A DNA stretch of 64,000 nt, taken from Antedon mediterranea (Eukaryota > Animalia > Echinodermata). Made by a program: the position numbers and the translations under genes. This document shows, one piece after another, positions 13,600-27,133 of the stretch. The DNA lies in contig NC_092670.1 in NCBI RefSeq assembly GCF_964355755.1, positions 27,390,288 through 27,454,287 on the forward strand, read 5' to 3'. A model generated the notes under the pieces. It saw only the letters and a program-made list of their open reading frames with translations. It was not told the origin of the DNA and searched no databases. Numbering within the stretch: position 1 is the first letter of the stretch; each line of letters begins with the position of its first letter.

Positions 13600-15081
13600 T
13601 AATTCCCACTAGAATAAGCGCACTCCTATCTGGTTACAAACACCACGCTTACTTAACCCTATGTTTCGCTCATGGCTTCTACCTTACATGGGGCTGCTTT
13701 TACAGCAACTAACTCCCAAGCTATCATCAACAACCTTCCGGAAATTCCGTACCTGAAAAATGTCGTATCCTCCACAACCTCTCCTATCCCTACGACTCAA
13801 ACGCTGTCAATCACAACATCCCTGGGTTTTGCATAACAGTTCATTACGAAACAATTGCCAACGCAATAGACATAATTGACATACACAATCACCCGGCATT
13901 CATGGCCAAGACGGACACCAGTGACGCATACAGACTAATACATTTACACCCCACTCAGGAAACGGAGGCCATGCCAATATCACCTCACAGGTTTCACGTG
14001 GTTAGGCCAGTATTACTACGATAAAACGCTTCCCCAAGGCGGCGGATCTTCGTGTCAAATATTCAATAAGTTTTCTGACGGAGTGAAATTTTTCCTTATA
14101 AAAAAGTTAAAACAGCCCAATAACGTGAAAATATTAGACGATATCCTCGTCATTGAAGACACACACCAACTGTGTGCGAACTCCTTGAAGATATCCAAGG
14201 CGCTTGCTGACCGCGGTGGCATACCTCTAGCACCGCACAAAACAATTTCACCCACCACCACCATTTCCTTCCTGGGTATTGAACTTGATTTACAGAAAAT
14301 GTAAGACAGGCTTCCATCTGAGATAATAAAATTACGTTACTCCCTTTAAAGTTCAAAACTTCACTGAACTACATTGAGAGCCCCCCAATCTCTTTGAAAA
14401 GCTACAATTTGCCACCTGGGTTATACCCTCTGGACTGGCGTTCCTAAGAAGGCTTAATGCCCTAACGGCCGGTCTAACTAACCCCTTTTCAACTATTCAC
14501 CTTTCTGACTCAGCAAAGGAGGATCTCCAAATTTGGGCCGACTTTCTTAGCAAACACAATGGCGTTACCATTTTTCACCCCCACAAAAATTTGACTCGCA
14601 GCGTTTACATTTCTCCTCTGATGCCTCAAAAACCGCACTTGGTGCGACCTTCCAAAAGTTCTGGATTCAAGGCCGCTGGCCGGAAACTTGGAAAATGTTC
14701 GACATCATGGTTCTCGAAATTTACCCCATCTATGTCATGCTTTCGATTTTTGCAAAACAGCTAGCCAACACCCATGTAGTTTTCCACTGTGATAACCTAG
14801 CTGATGTATATGTGCTTAACAAAAAATTGTCATCAAACGAAAAGGTCATGAGAGTGGTTCGCGCTATCGTCCTTTTGTTACTACTAAACAACATTCAGTT
14901 TACAGCCAGGCACATCCCTGGTAAGCAAAACAGGATATGTGACGCTCTTTCTCGTTTTCAGGAAACGGAGGCCATGCTAGAGGAGCACAGTATGAACCGC
15001 ACACCGCTAAAGATACCAAAGCACTTACAACCAATCTACTTCGAACCACTAAACAACTCAAGATCCTCACACGAGAGCTAA
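13600..15081 (+). pseudogene. Ngaro reverse transcriptase / RNase H, disrupted
   Basis: RT motifs FMAKTDTSDAYRLI, GFTWLGQYYYDKTLPQG..SSCQIF, ILDD, ISFLGIELD. DIRS-type RNase H motifs SDAS, LEIYPI, FHCDN, HIPGKQNRICDALSR. Frameshifts and stops throughout. Confidence 0.88.
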
Positions 15082-15560
15082 TGTGGAACTCATTAAGTAA
15101 ATGAACCGCTAGTAACTATAAAAGCAAATGGCACCATTTTAACCAATTCGGGAAATCACTAAGCCTTCCGCTACCAGCGACTCCACAGACAATTGTTCTC
15201 TATGTAAGTAAGCTGACTAAAAATGCACTGGCGATTTCCACGATTCGAAACTACCTTAGCCCAGTGTCATTCGTGCACAGGGTATCATTTATGGAAGACC
15301 TTACCGCAAATCCAGCAGTCAGCAATTTATGCAGAGGAGTAGCGAAACAAAAAACGAACTCTCCATCCAAACCGATCAGACCGCCGGTCACCTCCGACAT
15401 TCTTGTAACGCTAATTGGACATATGCGAGGTAGCATGAAATCCAAATACGAATTCATCCTATACAGAGCCTTGTTCATAATATGTTACTTCGCATGCCTC
15501 AGAGCCAGTGAAGCAGTAGTCTCCAAGGCCACAGAACACACACTAATGCTATAAACAATT
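15081..15560 (+). pseudogene. Tyrosine recombinase N-terminal/core remnant, truncated
   Basis: STIRNYLSPVSFVH...RPPVTSDIL...YRALFIICYFACLRASEAV carries the YR box-I Arg motif. The catalytic C-terminal part was not found. Confidence 0.82.
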
Positions 15561-15842
15561 AGCTCGCCATGCTAGTCTGGAACATACACAGTTTAACACT
15601 CATTCTTTCAGAATCGGTCGAGCTACCGACCTTCACCAACTTTGACACTCTCACCAAGACATTTTGATTTTTGGACGATGGTCGAACCACATAACTTTGT
15701 CAAATACAGCGTTGTAAATATGGGTGCTGGCTGGTTGGCATATTTCCTAAGCATGACTGGGTATTAAGCGTCAAGCTTAAACAAAGTTTGATACTTATTT
15801 TTTCTGTATATCGTTTTACTTATTTTATTTTTGTTTTCTTTC

Positions 15843-16310
15843 GGTGACAGCATAGGTTGCACCGCCAATTATAATCATATTATGTTCAATCGGAGTCAAC
15901 ACGTTGCTCCAGGTAGACTAATAAGTTATTTATATGTTTTCGGTGTTGCACCGTTTATTAAACTCAATTCTCAAACGCGTACTGGAGTCAACACATGTTG
16001 CCCCAGGCAGACTAATGTAGATTGTTTCTATACGTTTTTCGGTGCCAACATTTGATTACACTGCCTACCTAATTAAAATGTTTAAACATGTACTGGAGTC
16101 AACACATGTTGCTCCAGGTAGACTAATGTAGGTGTTTCTATACGTTTTTCGATGTCAATATTTGGTTGCTCCACCTATCAGGCGCTAATGGTCAACCGGG
16201 TACTGGAGTCAACACATGTTGCTCCAGGTAGACTATGTAGATAGATTCTATACGTTCTGGGTGTCAACATATGTTGCACCATCATCTGAATGGCTTGTCA
16301 TCGGTTCTAC
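15843..16310 (+). repeat. ~110-bp hairpin-rich repeats with variable ~28-nt intervals in Ngaro 3' region
   Basis: TACTGGAGTCAACACATGTTGCTCCAGGTAGACTA occurs at about 15980 (2 mismatches), 16091 and 16201, with a shorter copy at 15891. Confidence 0.85.
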
Positions 16311-16358
16311 CTGCACTTAATTTGGGCTGCTTCGTTGGCCCCTTCGTTGCCAACTGTG

Positions 16359-16830
16359 TTGGCCCTTTCAGAGCATCCCAATGTTCCTTTTTTATGTTTT
16401 CCTTTTACGTGCATGCTGCAACGATGACTTGCCATTCATATTAAATAACTTTACAACCAATACTTGTTTCCTTGTTTTTGTTTATCGGGCTCACATGTGT
16501 CAAAATCACGTGATTGCGGGGCGCCCTCGCAATCATCTTTTGACAGCGTGAGCATCTCATCCTCTTCACCTCACGCTGTCAACAGATTACCACGCCAGTT
16601 TTTGGCTAAGTAAAATAATTTTCACTTCCCTCCCTCCACTCCCTCTTTATTTTGTTTTCAATTACGATTTTGAGACATGTGTTTTGGCCCTTTCAGAGCA
16701 TCCCAATGTTCCTTTTTTATGTTTTCCTTTTACGTGCATGCTGCAACGATGACTTGCCATTCATATTAAATAACTTTACAACCAATACTTGTTTCCTTGT
16801 TTTTGTTTATCGGGCTCACATGTGTCAAAA
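16359..16830 (+). repeat. Ngaro 3' terminal B1-A2-B2 repeat block
   Basis: B1 (16359-16505) and B2 (16684-16830) are 147-bp direct repeats, TTGGCCCTTTCAGAG...CATGTGTCAAAA. B1 abuts A2, reproducing the circle junction. Confidence 0.95.
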
Positions 16831-19800
16831 GTCTATTTATATGAAATGAATGATCCATCAATGTAAAATGATGTTATGCAACTTTGTTTCTGATTTTAAA
16901 AAAGGTCCACTTGGTTAGGCTTGACATTTAAAACCATAAAAATATCTCACTTTCAAAAACAATATTTATTTTCAAATAAAAAAAAAAAGAAAAAAAAATA
17001 TTCCTAGAGGTTTGAACCCACTACTGAGAGAACGTAAACCTGAGCATTACCGGTTTCGCCACCAACCAGTAGATGAGTGAAGGGCTGATAATAGTCTATT
17101 TATATGAAATGAATGATCCATCAATGTAAAATTATGTTATGCAACTTTGTTTCTGATTTAAAAAAAGGCCCACTTGGTTAGGCTTGACATTTAAAACCAT
17201 AAAAATATCTCACTTTCAAAAACAATATTTATTTTCAAATAAAAAAAAAATAAGAAAAAAAATATCCCTAGAAGTTCGAACCAACTATTGAAATCACTCA
17301 AACCTGAGCATTACCCGTTACGCAGCAAACCAGTATATGACTGAAAAGCTGATAATAGTCTATTTATATGAAATGGATGATCAATCAATGAAAAATAATG
17401 CCATTCAACTTTGTTTCTGATTTTAAAGAAGGTTCACTTGTTTAGGCCTGACAGTTGCAACCCTCAAAATATCTCACTTTCAAAAACAATATTTATTTTC
17501 AATTAAAAAAAAAGAAAAAAAATAACCGTATAGGTTCGAACCCACTACTGAGAGCACTCAAACCTAAGCATTACCCGTTACTCCACAAACCAGTAGATGA
17601 CTGAGGAGCTGATAATAGTCTATATATATGAAATGAATGATCAATCAATGAAAAATAATGCCATGCAACTTTGTTTCTGATTTTAAAAAAGGTCCACTTG
17701 TTTAGGACTGACATTTACAACCCTCAAAATATCTCACTTTCAAAAATCATATTTATTTTCAATTTAAAAAAAAAAGAAAAAAAATATCCCTAGAGGTTCG
17801 ACCCACTACTCAGAGCACTCAAACCTGAGCATTACCCGTTACGCCACAAACCAGTAGATGACTGAAGAGCTGTTAATAGTCTATTTATATGAAATGAATT
17901 ATCAATCAATGAAAAATAATGCCATGCAACTTTGTTTCTGATTTTAAAAAAGATCCATTTGTTTAGGCCTGACATTTACAACCCTCAAAATATCTCACTT
18001 TCAAAAAAAATATTTATTTTCAATAAGAAAAAAAAGCAATATCCCTAGAGGTTGGAACCCGCTACTGAGACACCTCAAACCTGGGTATTACCCGTTACGC
18101 CACAAACCAGTAGATAACTGAAGACCTGATAATAGTCTATTTATATGAAATTAATGATCAATCAATGAAAAATAATGCCATGCAACTTTGTTTCTGATTT
18201 TAAAAAAGGTTCATTTGTTTAGGCCTGACATTTACAACCCTCAAAATATCTCACTTTCAATAAGAAAAAAAAGCAATATCCCTAGAGGTTGGAACCCGCT
18301 ACTGAGACCACTCAAACCTGGGTATTACCCGTTACGCCACAAACCAGTAGATAACTGAAGAGCTGATAATAGTCTATTTATATGGAATTAATGATCAATC
18401 TATGAAAAATAATGCCATGCAACTTTGTTTCTGATTTTAAAAAAGGTTCATTTGTTTAGGCCTGACATTTACAACCCTCAAAATATCTCACTTTCAAAAA
18501 AAAAATATTTATTTTCAATTAAAAAAAAAAGAAAAAAAATATCCCTAGAGGTTCGACCCACTACTCAGAGAACTCAAACCTGAGCATTACCCGTTACGCC
18601 ACAAACCAGTAAATGACTGAAGAGCTGATAATAGTCTATTTATATGAAATTAATGATCAATCAATGAAAAATAATGTCATGCAACTTTGTTTCTGATTTA
18701 AAAAAAGATCCATTGTTTAGGCCTGTCATTCACAACCCTAAAAAATATCTCATTTTCAAAAAAAATAATTTTTGTCAATAAGAAAAAAAAAAAGCAATAT
18801 CTCTAGAGGTTGGAACCCGCTACTGAGAGCACTCAAACCTGGGTATTACCCGTTACGCCACGAACCAGTAGATAACTGAAGAGCTGATAATAGTCTATTT
18901 ATATGAAATTAATGATCAATCAATGAAAAATAATGCCATGCAACTTTGTTTCTGATTTTAAAAAAGGTTCATTTTTTTAGGCCTGACATTTACAACCCTC
19001 AAAATATCTCACTTTCAACAAAAATATTTATTTTCAATTAAAAAAAAGAAAGAAAAGAAAAATCCCAAGAGGTTCGAACCCACTACTGCGAACACTCAAA
19101 CTTGAGCATTACCCATTACGCCTCAAACCAGTAGATGACTGAAGAGCTGATAATAGTCTATTGATATGAAATGAATGATCAATCAATGAAAAATAATGCC
19201 ATGCAACTTTGTTTCTGATTTTAAATAAGGTTCACTTGTTTAGGCCTGACATTCACAACCCTAAAAAAATCTCATTTTCCCAAAAAATTCTTATTTTCAA
19301 TAAGAAAAAAAAAAAGAAACATCCCTAGAGGTTGGAACCCGCTACTGAGAGTACTCAAACCTGGGCATTACCCGTTACACCACAAACCAGTAGATAACTC
19401 AAGAGCTGATAATAGTCTATTTATATGAAATTAATGATCAATCAATGAAAAATAATGCCATGCAACTTTGTTTCTGATTTTAAAAAAGGTTCATTTGTTT
19501 AGGCCTGACATTTACAACCCTCAAAATATCTCACTTTCAAAAAAAATATTTATTTTCAATTAAAAAAAAAAGAAAGAAATATCCCTAGAGGTTCGAACCC
19601 ACTACTGCGAGCACTCAAACTTGAGCATTACCCGTTACGCCTCAAACCAGTAGATGACTGAAGAGCTGATAATACTCTATTTATATGAAATGAATAATAA
19701 ATCAATGAAAAATAATGCCATGCAACTTTGTTTCTGATTTAAAAAATGTTCACTTGTTTAGGCCTGACATTTACAACCCTCAAAATATCTCACTTTCAAA

Positions 19801-20735
19801 AACAATATTTATTTTCAATTAAAAAAAAAAAGAAACAAAGTATCCGTAGAGGTTCGAACCCACTAGTGAGAGCACTCAAACTTGAGTATTACCCGTTACG
19901 CCACAAACCAGTAGATGACTGAAGAGCTGATAATACTCTATTTATAGGAAATAAATAATAAATCAATGAAAAATAATGCCATGCAACTTTGTTTCTGATT
20001 TTAAAAAAGGTCCACTTGTTTAGGCCTGATATTTACAACCCTCAAAATATCTCACTTTCAAAAACCATATTTATTTTCAATTTAAAAAAAAAAGAAAAAA
20101 AATGTCCCCAGAGGATCGACCCACTACTCAGAACTCTCAAACTTGAGCATTACCCATTACGCCTCAAACCAGTAGATGACTGAAGAGCTGATAATAGTCT
20201 ATTTATATGAAATTAATGATCAATCAATAAAAAATAATGCCATTCAACTTTGTTTCTGATTTTAAAAAAAGGTTCATTTATTTAGGCCTGACATTTACAA
20301 CCCTCAAAATATCTCACTTTAAAAAAAACCATTTATTTTCAATTAAAAAAAAAAAGAAAGGAAATATCACTAGAGGTTCGAACCCACTACTGCGAGCACT
20401 CAAACTTGAGCATTATCCGTTACGCCACAAACCAGTAGATGGCTGAGTAGCTGATAATATTCTATTTATATGAAATGAATGATCAATCAATGAAACATAA
20501 TGCCATGCAACTTTGTTTCTGATTTAAAAAAATGTCCACTTGTTTAGGCCTGACATTTACTACCCTCAAAATATCTCACTTTTAAAAAACCATATTTATT
20601 TTCAATTTAAAAAAATAAAGAAAAAACAATATCCCTAGAGGTTCGACCCACAACTCAGAGCACTCAAACCTGAGCATTACCCGTTAGGCCACAAACCAGT
20701 AGATGACTGAAGAGCTGATAATAGTCTATTTATAT

Positions 20736-21916
20736 CAATATATATATATATCAATTTTCAAAATAGCATGGGCTTAGATAATATACCATCTTTTTATTAT
20801 AATGTTCTAAAGTGTTGTGTTGAATTTAATAATATGAATAATGAAGGTACAATTAACGAGTATGAAGAAGTGATAAAACAAAACTTATGGGGTAATAATG
20901 ATATTAAATATAGAAACAAACCACTATTCTTTAAGAAGTGGATAGATGCAGGTTTTAATCAAATTGGAGATATAATTATTTTCAATCGTCTAATGAAACC
21001 TATAGAAATAATTAAACAATTACGTATTAAGAAAAACTGGATAGCTGAATATGTTTCTCTAACCAGAGCTATTCCAAAAGAGTGGTTAAGTATAATTAAA
21101 CATAATATGCCAAATATGAACCAATATATGAATGTGAATCTGGAATACAATATCAACAATATAATTAAGATGACAACAAAAGATGTTTATTCTAACTTTG
21201 TTAATAATGTTTTTATTCCCCCGAAAAGCATACTTAAATGGACTAACATATTCAATGAAGATATCAAGTGGTGTGATGTCTGGAAAAGAAAAGTGAAAAA
21301 CGAAAAAATTTAGAAATTTGCACAATTGAATTACAAATTACTAAATAGAGTTGTACCTACAAATCTAAAACTGTATAACTGGAAACTGAAAAATAATAAC
21401 ATATGTAACAATTGTGGAGTCATTGAAGACGAAAAACATATGTTTTATCATTGTAGACGTAATCAAATAATGTGGGAAAAAATTGACAATATATTTAAAA
21501 AGCTAGATAACAGCAGTAGCTCGTTCAAAGAACTCCTGTTAGGAAGTAAATGTCAATTAAAAAACCAATTGTATTCAATAGCTGTGTACGTCATATACAT
21601 AATTAAAATTAAAACTGAACTTAAAAAACCTGTATGCCAGAATCCCTGGATTCAGTTTAAATATATTTTAAAAGATATGAATACACTAGGCATGTTGTAA
21701 CTTATAAGTGGCATCCATTTTTGTATTTTAAGATGTACAGTTTTTGTATGCATATAATCAAACCACTATATGTATAAAGGTTAAAAGAGTAAAAATCAGA
21801 AAATAACGAAAAAAGTAGAAAACAGAAATTTAATGTATGAAAATGAAATGTGAACGAAATTTGTATGAAAGAATGAATAAAGGTGGTGGTTAACCACAAA
21901 AGAGAAAAAAAAAAAA
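20736..21916 (+). mobile_element. Tx1/L1-like LINE 3' fragment, copy 2 (ORF split by AAG>TAG at 21311-21313)
   Basis: Near-identical to 3878-5053 with the same satellite junctions. ORFs at 20768-21313 and 21326-21700. Confidence 0.88.
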
Positions 21917-24758
21917 TATCTCATTTTCAAAATAAATATTTATTTTCAATAAGAAAAAAAAAGCAATATCCCTAGAGGTTGGAACCCGCTACTGAGAGCA
22001 CTCAAACCTGGATATTACCCGTTACGCCACAAACCAGTAGATAACTGAAGAGCTGATAATAATATATTTATATGAAATTAATGATCAATTAATGAAAAAT
22101 AATGCCATGCAACTTTGTTTCTGATTTTAAAAAAGGTTTATTTGTTTAGGCCTGACATTTACAACCCTCAAAATATCTCACTTAAAAAAAAATATTTATT
22201 TTCAATTAAAAAAAAGAAAGAAAAGAAATATCCCTAGAGGTTCGAACCCACTACTGCGAGCACTCAAACTTGAGCATTACCCGTTACGCCTCAAACCAGT
22301 AGATGACTGAAGAGCTGATAATAGTCTATTTATATGAAATGAATGATCAATCAATGAAAAATAATGCCATGCAACTTTGTTTCTGATTTTAAAAAAGATC
22401 CATTTGTTTAGGCCTGTCATTCACAACCCTAAAAAATATCTCATTTTCAAAAAAAATATTTATTTTCAATAAGAAAAAAAAAAGCAGTATCCCTAGAGGT
22501 TGGAACCCGCTATTCAGAGCACTCAAACCTGGGTATTACCCGTTACGCCACAAAACAGTAGATAACTGAAGAGCTGATAATAGTCTATTTATATGAAATT
22601 AATGATCAATCAATGAAAAATAATGCCATGCAACTTTGTTTCTGATTTTAAAAAATGTTAATTTGTTTAGGCCTGACATTTACAACCCTAAAAATATTTC
22701 ACTTTCAAAAAAAATATTTATTTTCAATTAAAAAAGAAAAAAGAAACAAAATATCCGTAGAGGTTCGAACCCACTACTCCGAGAACTCAAACCTGACCAC
22801 TACCGGTTACGCCACAAACCAGTAGATAAATGAAGAGCTGATAATAGTCTATTTATATGAAATTAATGATCAATCAATGAAAAATAATGCCATGCAACTT
22901 TGTTTCTGATTTAAAAAAAGGTCCACTTGGTTAGGCTTGACATTTAAAACCATAAAAATATCTCACTTTCAAAAACAATATTTATTTTCAAATTAAAAAA
23001 AAAAGAAAAAAATTATCCCTAGAAGTTCGAATCCACTATTGAAATCACTCAAACCTGAGCATTACCCGTTACGCCACAAACCAGTAGATGAGTGAAGAGC
23101 TGGTAATAGTCTATATATATGAAATGGATGATCAATCAATGAAAAATAATGCCATGCAACTTTGTTTCTGATTTTAAAGAAGGTTCACTTGTTTAGGCCT
23201 GACAGTTGCAACCCTCAAAATATCTCACTTTCAAAAACAATATTTATTTTCAATTTAAAAAAAAAGAAAAAAAATACCCGTATAGGTTCGAACCCACTAC
23301 TGAGAGCACTCAAACCTAAGCATTACCCGTTACTCCACAAACCAGTAGATGACTGAGGAGCTGATAATAGTCTATATATATGAAATGAATGATCAATCAA
23401 TGAAAAATAATGCCATGCAACTTTGTTTCTGATTTTAAAAAAGGTCCACTTGTTTAGGACTGACATTTACAACCCTCAAAATATCTCACTTTCAAAAATC
23501 ATATTTATTTTCAATTTAAAAAAAAAAGAAAAAAAATATCCTTGGAGGTTCGACCCACTACTCAGAGCACTCAAACCTGAGCATTACCCGTTACGCCACA
23601 AACCAGTAGATGACTGAAGAGCTGTTAATAGTCTATTTATATGAACTGAATGATCAATCAATGAAAAATAATGCTATGCAACTTTGTTTCTGATTTTAAA
23701 AAAGATCCATTTGTTTAGGCCTGACATTCACAACCCTAAAAAATATCTCATTTAAAAAAAAAAATATTTATTTTCAATAAGAAAAAAAAAGCAATATCCT
23801 TAGAGGTTGGAACCCGCTACTGAGAGCACTCAAACCTGGGTATTACCCGTTACGCCACAAACCAGTAGATAACTGAAGAGCTGATAATAGTTTATTTATA
23901 TGAAATTAATGATCAATCAATGAAAAATAATGCCATGCAACTTTGTTTCTGATTTTAAAAAAAAGGTTCATTTGTTTAGGCCTGACATTTACAATCCTCA
24001 AAATATCTCACTTTCAAAAAAAATATTTATTTTCAATTAAAAAAAAAAAGAAAAGAAATATCCCTAGAGGTTCGAACCCGCTACTGAGAGCACTCAAACC
24101 TGGGCATTACCCGTTACGCCACAAACCAGTAGATGACTTAGGAGCTGATAATAGTCTATTTATATGAAATTAATGATCAATCAATGACAAATAATGCCAT
24201 GCAACTTTTTTTCTGATTTTAAAAAAGGTTCATTTGTTTAGGCCTGACATTTACAACCCTCAAAATATCTCACTTTCAAAAAAAATATTTATTTTCAATT
24301 AAAAAAAAAAAAGAAAAGAAATATCCCAAGAGGTTCGAACCCACTGCTGCGAGCACTCAAACTTGAGCATTACCCGTTACGCCTCAAACCAGTAGATGAC
24401 TGAAGAGCTGATAATACTCTATTTATATGAAATGAATAATAAATCAATGAAAAATAATGCCATGCAACTTTGTTTCTGATTTTAAAAAAGGTTCATTTGT
24501 TTAGGCCTGACATTTACAACCCTCAAAATATCTCACTTTAAAAAAAACCATTTATATTCAATAAAAAAAAAAAAGAAAGGAAATATCCCTAGAGGTTCGA
24601 ACCCACTACTGCGAGCACTCAAACTTGAGCATTATCCGTTTCGCCTCAAACCAGTAGATGACTGAAGAGCTGATAATACTCTATTTATATGAAATGAATA
24701 ATAAATCAATGAAAAATAATGCAACTTTGTTTCTGATTTAAAAAAATGTCCACTTGTT

Positions 24759-26938
24759 CAGTGGGAAAGCCACTTCGCGTTTTGACCGTTAAATCGTGTA
24801 AAATCGACTTACTTCCGCATTGACGATTTTGAAGCGCCACCTATCGTTGAAAACTGAAACCACGATTTTTCGTCGCCTAGCAAATAAGTGCTGTTTTATT
24901 TTAAGCTCTCATAAATATTTAAGACCCGCCCAACATTACCTATTATGGTAAAAGCATTTCCTAATAAGTATTATTGAATAACCAATCGGTTTCCTTCAAA
25001 GAAACCGAAGCTAATACAATACATTCGGCGACTGAAGTCGGGACTCGTGAAATTTATAAATGTGGTACGATTTGACTACTGTTTTGTTGTCCATTTTCTG
25101 AATAGTCGGAGGTGCATCCCAACAAATTAAAATAATTATAATCAATTGTTTTATCAAGAATAATATTAGTTTAATCGAGTATGATATATTTCTATCCTGT
25201 TCAAAATTTGTTGGTGTATTCTCAGGCCTCGAAAGGTAGGTACATTTTCTAGCTGTGAGCGTGGTTTCGGCAACGCGAGACACGTGTGTCAGTATAGGCG
25301 ATAGCGAGACGTGTGTTGTACTGTGTTGATGCTGATCCGATAGTCGTTAAGTTGTACTGATTACGAGTATCATTGGTCCTGGCCGGCCTAGCCTGGTGAT
25401 CTGATCCCCGCAAAAAAAAAACTTTTTTTCAATCAGTATTAATATTATTATTTTATTTTTCATTTATTATTTGATTTATTAGGCTCAATAGATGCCTAGC
25501 AGGCTACTAGTACTAGTAGTAGGCCTAGATTATATAAATAATAATAGTAAATACTGTAATTTAATTAATAAAATACAGCTTCCATTTGCCTTACTTTTAT
25601 GTCATCATATAATATTATATTATAATTATATATACAACCAGACATTAACGTTTTTTTAAAATAATGTTTATTATTTTTTCTGACACTTTCAGGAATCGTT
25701 GATGATGCAGAGTTCTTTGTCTTTGTGACTTCAAACTGAGAGTGAAGTGGATAAAAAGATGACACCGGTACCTATCGACATTGTCATACCCAAACTATAA
25801 TTTAATTATTTAAAACAGCATGTTGAATTACAAATATATATGTATGTTGCAGAGGATTTAGATGAATTACAATACAAATATTTATGTTGAATGCAAACCT
25901 ACTACACTATACTCTGTAAATTATGTTATTGTCATGTGGTAGACCTTAAAAATTGAATATTTATTGTATTTTAGGCCTATTTTATATTTTATTAATACTG
26001 TATTAGTTTAATATTACTATTTTTATAATTTCTATTATACAGTACTAGTATGTACATGTTTTTACCCCAAAAAAATGAATAAATAATTTGTTATTCAATC
26101 TAATTGCTTGTTTGTTCATCAATAACAAAACAATTGTAAGCAAGTATATAACAGTTCTTGTTAGCCGCTTATTTCAGGTCATATTATTAATATTAGCTAG
26201 GCCCGACGCGCCCGATCACAACGTCACTAAGTGACTTTCCGCCCCTGGAACAATCGGTCGCTAATAGGGCTAGGCCTCGGACTCGTATAAAAGCTATTAT
26301 AATAGTTATGATAAATATTCCTCAACTAAAATGTATACTGTGATAAATAAACAAGTAATAATATACGTTGTATTGGAATGTATTTATTTATATGAATTCT
26401 TATACGCGGACAATTATAAACATCGCGTATATCGTTCGATATAAATAAATTCATAAACACGATGACGATGTGTTTACAAAATGGCGGTTTCGCTAGTTTT
26501 CGATGGAACAAATAGTGGTACCTTTAGTTTGAATAGTCGGAGCTGCATCCCAACCACCGAATTTTGTATCTTAATATCGTATTCTGTAGATTATTAATTT
26601 TTCTAACAGGGATTTTAAATTCAGGACTGTTCAATTTTTCTAAATATTTTATTTTAATGATTTTCTAGGGTACAATTTCGAAAAAAAGACATTGGTTGAT
26701 TTTGCCGTTAAATTACAGATTATCGTTTTGTTCAAATACATTTAATTTTACATGACAATATATTAAAACCATTTATGAATTTATTTCACTAACAATATTT
26801 TTCCGATAATCAGCTAATTTTACAAATATTGTGTTTTTCCAACACCCTAAAATTTAGCAATTTTGAACTAAATTAGAAAAGTAGGGCGCCCTCTCAGAGT
26901 CGAAATTTGACACGATTTGTCGACTGGCTGTCCCACTG
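24759..26938. mobile_element. Non-autonomous TIR DNA transposon, CAGTGGG...CCCACTG ends, 4-bp TSD; superfamily unassigned
   Basis: TSD TGTT at 24755-24758 and 26939-26942. TIR CAGTGGGA(A/C)AGCCA(C/G)T. The empty site CCACTTGTTTAGG is present in sister monomers. No transposase ORF. Confidence 0.85.
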
Positions 26939-27133
26939 TGTTTAGGCCTGACATTTACTACCCTCAAAATATCTCACTTTTAAAAAACCATATTTATTTT
27001 CAATTTAAAAAAATAAAGAAAAAACAATATCACTAGAGGTTCGACCCACAACTCAGAGCACTCAAACCTGAGCATTACCCGTTAGGCCACAAACCAGTAG
27101 ATGACTGAAGAGCTGATAATAGTCTATTTATAT

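Larger units (their letters stand above)
9881..16830 (+). mobile_element. Ngaro/PAT-type DIRS tyrosine-recombinase retrotransposon, decayed
   Basis: Split direct repeats A1 (9881-10002), B1 (16359-16505), A2 (16506-16627), B2 (16684-16830). Inserted between GATAATA and GTCTATTT of the satellite without a TSD. Contains gag, RT, RNase H and YR remnants. Confidence 0.92.
16831..27133. repeat. SatA second block (interrupted by LINE copy 2 and the CAGTGGG element)
   Basis: Same 261-bp monomer. The order of variant monomers repeats that of about 530-5470, e.g. the shortened monomer at ~1150 and ~18250. Confidence 0.96.

Noticed and set aside
15843-16310. True CRISPR array
   Set aside because: The context is a eukaryotic retroelement with no cas genes, and the repeats are ~80 bp and imperfect. 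Reported only as a structured repeat array.
2890-24167. Many 60-77 aa ORFs (MFLILKK..., MPCNFVSDF...)
   Set aside because: They are chance open frames within SatA monomers whose frame depends on A-run length; they are not genes.
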